Below are positions 46,314 through 53,551 of a stretch of 56,516 nt of DNA, piece after piece (within the stretch, counting starts at the first letter, position 1; each line of letters begins with the position of its first letter). Origin of the DNA: Gammaproteobacteria bacterium (GTDB lineage Bacteria; Pseudomonadota; Gammaproteobacteria; UBA12402); the NCBI GenBank assembly GCA_016930035.1, contig JAFGHQ010000044.1, positions 1 through 56,516 on the forward strand. The letters are read 5' to 3'. A program made the position numbers and the translations under genes. The notes beneath the pieces were generated by a model, which saw only the letters and a list, made by a program, of their open reading frames with translations, searched no databases and was not told the DNA's origin.

Positions 46314-47021
46314 ATGTCTTTTAATCAAAAAATTGAGTTTAATATTATTAAAAGTCGTAGAAAAACTCTTGTGATCCAAGTTAAATCTAATGGAGAAGTG
46401 TTAGTTAAAGCTCCTATTCGGTTAAGTGATAAGAAAATTTTGAGTTTTATAGAAAAACATCAAGGATGGATTATTAAAAAGAAACATCAGATTATAAATA
46501 ATCCTAAGAAGGTTTTAAAATATATTCAGGGAGAGAAACATTACTATTTAGGAAATCCTTTTAAATTAGATATTCAAATAGGTTTTAAAGAATTTATTGA
46601 ATTATCAGAAACTTGTTTAATAATTTTTACTAGGAATAAATTAAATTCCAGTCAAATTAAAGTAATACTGTATGATTGGTATCGTAGGCAAGCTGAAAAT
46701 ATATTTTTAGCAAGGTTTGATCAATGTCTTACTATAGCAAAAACCCATGGTATTAAAGATCGACCTTCTATGAATATAAAACGGTTAAAAAGTCGTTGGG
46801 GAAGCTGCAGTTCCAATAAAAATATTAGTTTAAATTTAGAGTTAATTAAAATGCCTATCCATTGTCTCAACTACATTATTATGCATGAACTTTGCCATTT
46901 AAAACACATGAATCATGGCAAACGGTTCTACGCTTTATTGGAAAAACTTATGCCAGATTGGAAAGAACATAAATTAGTGTTAAGAAAAAGAATGCATGAA
47001 TATGGAGCTATGACGTTTTAA
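46314..47021 (+). CDS. YgjP-like M48/DUF45 zinc metallopeptidase
   Basis: 235 aa with the HExxH motif in the typical context (IMHELCHLKHMNHGKRFYALLEKLMPDW). Confidence 0.8.
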   Translation: MSFNQKIEFNIIKSRRKTLVIQVKSNGEVLVKAPIRLSDKKILSFIEKHQGWIIKKKHQIINNPKKVLKYIQGEKHYYLGNPFKLDIQIGFKEFIELSETCLIIFTRNKLNSSQIKVILYDWYRRQAENIFLARFDQCLTIAKTHGIKDRPSMNIKRLKSRWGSCSSNKNISLNLELIKMPIHCLNYIIMHELCHLKHMNHGKRFYALLEKLMPDWKEHKLVLRKRMHEYGAMTF

Positions 47022-47030
47022 GATATTTGT

Positions 47031-47174
47031 AACTATTCAGATGCCACGCGCGAAATGAATTCGCGCTTGCAATCTTCGGTGCGAATCGCGGTTCTCCCCT
47101 TTGATAAAACCCCATCGCGATGAGAATTAACTGCTTAATCAAGTAACATCTTGATTAAGCAGTTAATAGTTACA
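47031..47174. repeat. Composite family-C repeat. A half-palindrome like that at 42084 (TAACTATTCAGATGCCACGCGCGAAATGAATTCGCGC) is joined to a hairpin like that at 27186 (AACTGCTTAATCAAGTAACATCTTGATTAAGCAGTTAATAGTTA).
   Basis: Read directly and compared with 42084-42138 and 27186-27237. Confidence 0.8.
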
Positions 47175-47181
47175 GATATTT

Positions 47182-48150
47182 TTAATAGGGAGAAGTTTGA
47201 CAGATTTTTTGTGCCATATAAGTTACGGTGCCCGCGTAATAAGTGGAATGATTCCATTTCATTAAGCTTTTAAAATTATTAAACACAATCCATATAGGCC
47301 CCCCAGTTAGTTCAATGATTGAAGCAGCAGCATTTGGATTGATATATCGGTTAGTGCTTGGACGTGCACCAAGATTTAACCATTCTTGATAAGGTTTAAT
47401 GATTTTTATACCAATTAAAGTATGATCAAACTCTGGGATTAAGCGAGTAGTAATAAGGATGGGTTGCTTATATTCCCAACCATTTTGTTTTAAATAGTTT
47501 GCAATAGAAGCAAAAATATCCCCATAGTTTTTCCAGATATCTTTTTTACCATCTCCATCATAATCTATAGCATATTGATAAAAGCTAGATGGTAAAAATT
47601 GTGGCTGGCCACTTGCGCCCGCCCACTCTCCTTTAAAATCCTGATAAGTAACATGTCCCTCATCGAGCATATGTAAAGCAAGCAGTAATTGCTTTCTAAA
47701 AAAATCACTTCGTCTGCCATCATAAGCAAGTGTGGCCAAAGATTGAATCACATTAAATTGCCCCATAAAATGGCCATAGCTTGATTCCAAGCCCCAAAGT
47801 GAAGCAATCACACAAGGATTTACCTCAAAATCTTTTCCCACCTTGTTCAATAAATCTTGATGTTTTTTTAATTCTTTTTGCCCCATTTTTATTCGATAAG
47901 CATCAGCGCGAGTGTCTCGATATTCATAATAAGTAAGTCGTTTTTCGGGTTGAGTTCGGTCTAATCGAATATGTTTAGCGCTTGGCCTCATATTTTGGAA
48001 AACGCGGTCAAATAAGACAGGATTAATACCTTGATGAATAGCTTCTTTTCGCAGATTCACGACCCATGAATGCCAGCTTATTTTTGCAGCAGCAGACCCG
48101 CTCAATAGGCAACAAATAAAGATGAAGGAAAATCTAAAAAATTTTTGCAC
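47182..48150 (-). CDS. mltB: Lytic murein transglycosylase (MltB/Slt35 family)
   Basis: Signal peptide, catalytic Glu context (LWGLESSYG), GASGQPQFLPSS and DYDGDGKKDIW (EF-hand-like loop). Confidence 0.88.
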   Translation of the reverse strand: MQKFFRFSFIFICCLLSGSAAAKISWHSWVVNLRKEAIHQGINPVLFDRVFQNMRPSAKHIRLDRTQPEKRLTYYEYRDTRADAYRIKMGQKELKKHQDLLNKVGKDFEVNPCVIASLWGLESSYGHFMGQFNVIQSLATLAYDGRRSDFFRKQLLLALHMLDEGHVTYQDFKGEWAGASGQPQFLPSSFYQYAIDYDGDGKKDIWKNYGDIFASIANYLKQNGWEYKQPILITTRLIPEFDHTLIGIKIIKPYQEWLNLGARPSTNRYINPNAAASIIELTGGPIWIVFNNFKSLMKWNHSTYYAGTVTYMAQKICQTSPY

Positions 48151-48160
48151 GACAAATTCC

Positions 48161-49099
48161 TTAATTTGATATTTGAGGATATAAACGTTTAATGAACCCT
48201 CGGGAATAATAAGCCGCGATCTTTTTTACGAATTCCTGAAAATTTATTGCCGCGCTATGATCTGCTTTATCTGAAATGATTCTGAACACAATAAAAGGCT
48301 TATCATATTCATGACACACCTGAGCAATAGCAGCGCCCTCCATTTCGATAGCTTTAGTAGTAGGTTGTTCTATTAATAGCGCCTGCACTTTTTTGATATC
48401 AGTGACAAATTGATCGCCACTAGCAATAGTTCCGATAGCTACTTTGGGGTTTAAAATAAAGAATTTAGCCAAAAGTTTTGGGGAAATCTCTGTTTTTAGA
48501 TCTTCGGAAAGGAATCGTTTTGCAGCTATTTCCGCTATATTGAGTAAGTCTTTATCAGAATGGAAGTAAATAAGATCAAGCAAAGGGATAATATATTTAT
48601 CGTAAATGGGTCTTGCATCCATATCGTGTTGATATAATTTATTAGCCAATACGATATCCCCAATATTTAGAGTAGGGTTTGCGGCGCCGGCAACCCCGGT
48701 AAAAATGATCATATCGACATTAAAGACATTAAATAATGTTGTAGTGGTGGATGCGGCGGCCACCTTCCCCCAACCGGAGAAAACCATCGTTGTGTCCCGG
48801 CCATAAAGAGTGCCCGAATAATATTTTCGGCCGGCTATTGTTTTAATAATGGGTTTTTTTAGATCGTCTCTGAGTAAATCAATCTCTTCATTCAATGCTC
48901 CCATAATACCTATTTTGGGGGTTTTCGTTTTTTTAATAAGGATTGTAATGATATTTGGAGTTGTTAATTCAACAGATTTGTAAACATTAGCTCTTACTGA
49001 TGAAATGCTTATGAAAAGTAGTATGAAAAAGGCTAAATTGATCCATAAATGAAATTTTGTTAATTTGAAGCGATTATAGGACTTAGGAAATAGATCCAT
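48161..49099 (-). CDS. mtnN: 5'-methylthioadenosine/S-adenosylhomocysteine nucleosidase with a ~65-aa N-terminal signal or anchor extension
   Basis: The core aligns to E. coli Pfs as I recall it (IGIMGALNEEIDLL, GWGKVAAA, FTGVAGA, SGDQF, EMEGAAIAQVC, RIISDKAD). The N-terminus carries the hydrophobic segment LWINLAFFILLFISISSVRA. Confidence 0.85.
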   Translation of the reverse strand: MDLFPKSYNRFKLTKFHLWINLAFFILLFISISSVRANVYKSVELTTPNIITILIKKTKTPKIGIMGALNEEIDLLRDDLKKPIIKTIAGRKYYSGTLYGRDTTMVFSGWGKVAAASTTTTLFNVFNVDMIIFTGVAGAANPTLNIGDIVLANKLYQHDMDARPIYDKYIIPLLDLIYFHSDKDLLNIAEIAAKRFLSEDLKTEISPKLLAKFFILNPKVAIGTIASGDQFVTDIKKVQALLIEQPTTKAIEMEGAAIAQVCHEYDKPFIVFRIISDKADHSAAINFQEFVKKIAAYYSRGFIKRLYPQISN

Positions 49100-49263
49100 A
49101 AAAATTCCTGCCTTATGACTAGTATGTTGGGATGTTATTATAACGTGAATTTTGGATAAGCAAACAACAAAGTCGACTATCTATTTTTAAATAACTTTGG
49201 ATAACTTATTGTTAAATTAAAAATTAAGAATTAAAAATGACTGATTAATCCCTGAAAATTGCT

Positions 49264-49989
49264 TTAATTCTCATGTAATTTTTCTAGCTCTGCTTTAAAA
49301 TGAGCATTGGTTTTTTCTAAATAATCTTTAGGGCTAATCCATTCTTCATGAAGAAGTTGATAGGTTTTTTGATCGATACTGTTTTGTTCAATCAGTTGTT
49401 TTCCAGCTTCTTCGAGTAAATTAAAGTAAGTATTGGCTTTGTCTTTTAGCGCTTCAATAAACATCAAGCTTGCAGCAGGTCTTACTATAGCGCCGATATA
49501 TTCACTATTACATGCCTGCGCCACCTGTTTGAATGTGGCAATCAATGAATCAAAGTGAGCCGTTTCAGGAAAACCACCAGCAGAAACCAAGACCAATTTC
49601 TTAAAGCTTTTATCGTGACGTGAGGGGTGTGTTACCATGCCATTTTGCGCTTCTTCTACATAAGGTGATGCAAGAGGTAATGTTCGATCTAGAAAATTTT
49701 TAAACAATCCCGTCATGTTAAAATAGTACAATGGTGTACCAAAAACCACCAAATCAACATCAATCATTTCTTTTAACAACGATTCCATATCGTCCTGAAA
49801 TACGCAGCTTCCAGGTGTTTTGAACCAACAATTGAAACATCCAATGCAATGATGAATTTTTTTGTCGGCTAAATGCAAAATTTTTGTCTCTGCTCCAGCC
49901 GTTTGCATCCCTTTCAACAAACACTGTAACATTTTATTAGTACAGCTGTTTTTAGTTCGAGGTGATCCATTAATTGCTAATATTTTCAT
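49264..49989 (-). CDS. Flavodoxin-like NAD(P)H-dependent FMN reductase / iron-sulfur flavoprotein-like protein
   Basis: ILAINGSPR..NS N-terminus, the Cys motif HHCIGCFNCW..PGSC, and GTPLYYFNMTG. Confidence 0.75.
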   Translation of the reverse strand: MKILAINGSPRTKNSCTNKMLQCLLKGMQTAGAETKILHLADKKIHHCIGCFNCWFKTPGSCVFQDDMESLLKEMIDVDLVVFGTPLYYFNMTGLFKNFLDRTLPLASPYVEEAQNGMVTHPSRHDKSFKKLVLVSAGGFPETAHFDSLIATFKQVAQACNSEYIGAIVRPAASLMFIEALKDKANTYFNLLEEAGKQLIEQNSIDQKTYQLLHEEWISPKDYLEKTNAHFKAELEKLHEN

Positions 49990-50371
49990 CAGGTTTTCTT
50001 TCCTTTTTTAATTTTGAAAAAATAGGCTTCAAAAAGAAACGCTCGTAACTCAAAAAACATTTTGTTTGATTAAAAAGCTCTGTTGCGGCTTTGCATTTTC
50101 TATCTTTAGCCACTTCTGTTTTGTACATTACATAGGCTTCAATGCTTGGAAAACTAAAAAGGGCGAAAGCAACATTATCCTCACCACACTTGCCAATTCC
50201 AGGAAAACTAAAAAAAGGATCGGGAAATAAATCACCCTCACGTCCAGGAATGAAGTACCCGTGGTGCTTTCCACCGTATTTTTCAATTAATGCGATCCAT
50301 GTACGAGCATACAACTCAAAATAATCCAATTTATTGGGATCTAGAGTGTATTTTATAAGACAAGTAAACAT
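49970..50371 (-). CDS. NIPSNAP-family protein
   Basis: 133 aa. The pattern (..YELYARTW..YGGKHHGYF.P..G....A.ALFSFPS.EAY..Y) matches my recollection of the NIPSNAP domain. It overlaps the downstream flavoprotein gene by 20 nt. Confidence 0.55.
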   Translation of the reverse strand: MFTCLIKYTLDPNKLDYFELYARTWIALIEKYGGKHHGYFIPGREGDLFPDPFFSFPGIGKCGEDNVAFALFSFPSIEAYVMYKTEVAKDRKCKAATELFNQTKCFLSYERFFLKPIFSKLKKERKPDENISN

Positions 50372-50384
50372 ATTGTCATTATAC

Positions 50385-51416
50385 TCAAACTTGACAATAT
50401 TTCTTTTTATTTTCTTGATAACCCAACTCTTTCAAAATTTCTGCTTCTAATTTTTGAGGATCGGATAACTTACCAGCGATTTCTTTAGGCAAATCATGAC
50501 TTAATTTATAACCAGAAATACCTATAGGTTTATTTAAATCCCTAAGTGCAAATTCTATATCTACTTTGTCTCTACTAGTACAAAGGATAATGCCAATAGA
50601 AGGGTTTTCATCTTTTTCTTTCAAAGCATCATCAAGCAAACTGAGATAATAATTCATTTTCCCGGCGTATTCTGGTTTGAACCGACCTATTTTGAGCTCG
50701 ATACAGACAAGCGATTTAAGTACCCGATTAAAACATAAAAGATCAATAAAACTTTCTCATCCATTGGGTGCCACAACACGATATTCATTTCCAATAAAGG
50801 TAAAACCTCGACCAAATTCTTGAAGCACATCTTTTATTTTAGAAACCATGCGTTTTCTCAATTCTTTTTCAAGTACTGGTTTTGATAAACCTAGCATTTC
50901 TAGCGAATAAACACTTTTCAGTGTTTTATCTGCTTGTTTTGCCAATGCTTTTTCGAAGTTATGATCTTTTTTCTCTAAACAATGATGTTGATAAGATTGA
51001 GAATCTATTTGTATTTGTAATTCTTGCCGTGTCCAACCCATGTCGATAACAGATTTAAGATAATATTTTCGTGCTTCAGGTTCTTTGACTTTAGACATAA
51101 TATCGAGATTAGAACCTCAACCAATTTCTCCAACAATCCGTTGGATTTTTGGAAAGTTCTTATATTCTAAGAAAAATTGGCACATGTACCATAAATTTTG
51201 AGGAGAAAAACCAAATTTTACATCCGGAAAAGCTTTACGGAGATCTCGAGATAGATGTTCAACAACGGATTTTCCACAACCTTATTTTTTCTGATTTTCA
51301 ACTATCGTTTTCTCGACAAACCAATAAAGTGCATTTACTTCTCGTTTTTCTGGTGGTATTTCCTAGGATAGAAATATGCTCTCAAGAAATTTAGATGACA
51401 CATTACCCGAATCCAT
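50385..51416 (-). pseudogene. Full-length (344-codon) DUF1016/YhcG-like PDDEXK nuclease frame interrupted by four in-frame stops and no frameshift
   Basis: My own codon-by-codon translation gives a single frame: MDSGNVSSKFLESIFLS*EIPPEKREVNALYWFVEKTIVENQKK*GCGKSVVEHLSRDL..GEIG*GSNLDIMSKVKEPEARKYYL..VVAPNG*ESFIDLLCFNRVLKSLVCIELKIGRFKPEYAGKMNYYLS... The stops are TAG 51363-51365, TAA 51282-51284, TGA 51117-51119 and TGA 50757-50759. Confidence 0.75.
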
Positions 51417-51709
51417 TATTATCGAACTTGTCACATTATCTGATGAAGAACAATCATGGGTGCGCCAATGTAGAGGCGATCAGAATCGATTAGTTTTTTG
51501 TTATAAATGTTACCCAACGACAAAAAGCGCGTTAGTTTATTAATGAAAAAGTTTTAGCACTTTTATCCAAAGAACAACAAGATAAATTAGATGCATTATT
51601 AGGAGTTGATGATACACGAACGTCAAAATTTCGGTTACTCAAAAAACCGCCAGCGTTACTATCACCGAAAAGTTTTTTACGGTCGAGCGAAACGTCAACT
51701 AGTGTCTAA
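51376..51709 (+). mobile_element. Tn3-family transposase remnant: an N-terminal DUF4158-like piece plus a later piece in another frame
   Basis: Fragment 1 (51376-51543) reads ..LPESIIIELVTLSDEEQSWVRQCRGDQNRLVF.., which resembles the conserved ..RRG..NRLGFA.. N-terminus. Fragment 2 (51545-51709) reads ..LSKEQQDKLDALLGVDDTRTSKFRLLKKPP... About 110 of roughly 1000 aa are left. Confidence 0.6.
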
Positions 51710-51730
51710 TTTATTAAATTAGACACTAGT
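51698..51730. repeat. Perfect 33-bp palindrome (ACTAGTGTCTAATTTATTAAATTAGACACTAGT)
   Basis: Read directly: 16-nt arms around one central base, at the end of the transposase remnant. Confidence 0.9.
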
Positions 51731-51980
51731 ATAAATGTTTTTTAAAGAAAGGTTTGTCGTTCTCTCATAAAAAACACTAGGTTTTTTTGATATCTTGTGA
51801 AACAATATCATTCGGTTCTTGTAGTTATCACCGATTTGAGATTTGAAAACTATTTTTTTATTGGGTTTTTAAAAAATCGTGATTCGTTAAAAGAACTATA
51901 ATATTATTCAGAAAGCTATAAATACCTTCTCAAAGTTATCTTATAGCTTTTCTTTTTCTATGATTTTGAGGAACTCAATA

Positions 51981-52289
51981 ATGAACAAACTATACGTGGG
52001 AAATCTTCCCTATTCTTTAACCGAAGATGAACTGAGAGATTTATTTGTTAAATATGGCGAAATTATTAGCGCCAGTATTATTACCGATAAATTTTCAGGA
52101 CGATCAAAGGGTTTTGGATTTGTGGAATTTGAAAGTGAGGAGCAAGCCAAAGCTGCAACAGAACTCGATGGTCAAGACCTTAAAGGCAGACCATTAAAAG
52201 TCAATATTGCAAGAGAAAAGGAGGAACGTGGGCGCTTCGGTGGTGGTCGCGGCGGGAGTCGTGGTGGAAGCCGTGGTGGTCGTTGGTAA
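51981..52289 (+). CDS. RRM-type RNA-binding protein with a C-terminal RGG/RGGS tail
   Basis: RNP2 (LYVGNL) and RNP1 (KGFGFVEF) motifs and the tail GGGRGGSRGGSRGGRW. The likely start is MNKLYVGNL, inside the track ORF that starts at 51960. Confidence 0.85.
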   Translation: MNKLYVGNLPYSLTEDELRDLFVKYGEIISASIITDKFSGRSKGFGFVEFESEEQAKAATELDGQDLKGRPLKVNIAREKEERGRFGGGRGGSRGGSRGGRW

Positions 52290-52313
52290 TTTTATCATTA
52301 ACCAATTCAAACG

Positions 52314-52336
52314 AGGTGGGGCAAAGCCCCGCCTCC
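52314..52336 (+). terminator. GC-rich hairpin downstream of the RRM gene (GAGGTGGGGC-AAA-GCCCCGCCTC)
   Basis: The stem was read directly. There is no clear U-tract, so intrinsic terminator function is uncertain. Confidence 0.35.
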
Positions 52337-52692
52337 CCTTATCAAGTTATTCAGCAATAATCGCACTTCGATAATACTCGTGTATTTTTGGACTCGTATC
52401 TCACTAACCGCTATCTACATAAAAATAGCCATAGGTCACGATCATAAGAAAGCTGCATCAACGCATCCGTTAAAACATCTCCGAATAAATATAAAGCTTT
52501 TTCTTCCTGTCTTGCGTCAATACTTTTAACAGTAATATATTGATTATCAATGATATTAGTTTTGAGCGGATTGATTCGCAAGAAGCAAGGCATATAGCAA
52601 AAGCATCGCACGTCATTATTGTTTTTTTCATCATATTCTCTTTATTTAATCTTAATCTTATTGTTGTTTTTTGGAGAGGCTAGATCTCCTTT

Positions 52693-52853
52693 CTATAGTC
52701 TTTCCAATTAACATTGAGACAAATAATGGTCACCAGGCCGTCATTCAGAGGCGGCGCTACGCGCCGACGTAGAATCTCGCCTTTGAGATTCCTCGGTCGC
52801 AAGCTCCCTCTGGATGACAACCGCTTGTCTAAATGTTAATTGGAAATATTATA
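52693..52853. repeat. MITE-like element, family B, copy 2 (~161 bp), interior inverted relative to 2110-2271
   Basis: Terminal inverted repeats are CTATAGTCTTTCCAATTAACATT and AATGTTAATTGGAAATATTATA. The interior is the reverse complement of the copy 1 interior. Confidence 0.85.
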
Positions 52854-53011
52854 TATTTCACAGTGCCCCTGCTGAAGGAAATGTTCACCTGTACAATATC
52901 GATTCTAAGAATAGAAATAAAATTAAAATAAGTCGGGTTTAGCTCTATTTGGGTATAACGTACAATAATGAATAGCCGAATAAAAAAACCACAAAAACGA
53001 GTTTTTATAGC

Positions 53012-53089
53012 TGGCGCACCCGAGAGGATTCGAACCTCTGACCACCTGATTCGTAGTCAGGTACTCTATCCGGGCTGAGCTACGGGTGC
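53012..53089 (-). tRNA. tRNA-Arg (anticodon ACG), CCA encoded
   Basis: The reverse complement is GCACCCGTAGCTCAGCCCGGATAGAGTACCTGACTACGAATCAGGTGGTCAGAGGTTCGAATCCTCTCGGGTGCGCCA, with anticodon loop CTACGAA. Confidence 0.93.
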
Positions 53090-53373
53090 GGAGAGATTAA
53101 AATTACATTAACTCCATCCATTATCGCACAAATATAAAAAATTGCGAATGGTTCTGATTTTGTTACTTCCGTTATTTTTTGACAAGTATAGCGTTTTTGG
53201 GGCAAAGCATGATTTAAGGGGTGTAAAATATTATCAAAATTTATCTAAATGATATAAAATACTTTTACCGGCTTATTTTCAGTAATGCATAAATAAAAGG
53301 TTAGGGAAGGCCGTGTCCTTTGCAACTGTAAAGTAGGCCGGCAAAATTCAAATTTTAGACGGTCAACTTTCAG

Positions 53374-53489
53374 TTATCGTATCTCCCATTAACGTTGAGA
53401 CAAGAGGTTGTCATCCAGAGGGAGGGTTGCTCCTACTGTCATGCCGAGGGAGCGTAAGCGACGGAGGAATCTCAAAGGAGCGATTCTTC
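53374..53489. repeat. Degenerate, truncated family-B element
   Basis: Has a left end resembling a terminal inverted repeat (TTATCGTATCTCCCATTAACGTTGAGACAA) and interior modules GTCATCCAGAGGGAG, GTCATGCCGAGGGAG and GGAATCTC. No right terminal inverted repeat is recognisable. Confidence 0.6.
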
Positions 53490-53551
53490 TTACTTTTAGG
53501 CTCAAAAAATTATAGTACCAAACAAACCCTTCGTCGAAAGATGAAGGTAGT

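Noticed and set aside
52411-52611. 66-aa minus-strand ORF in the ORF-poor stretch beside tRNA-Arg
   Set aside because: It has no RBS or recognisable motif and lies in a decayed region. It may be a gene fragment, but I cannot assign it.
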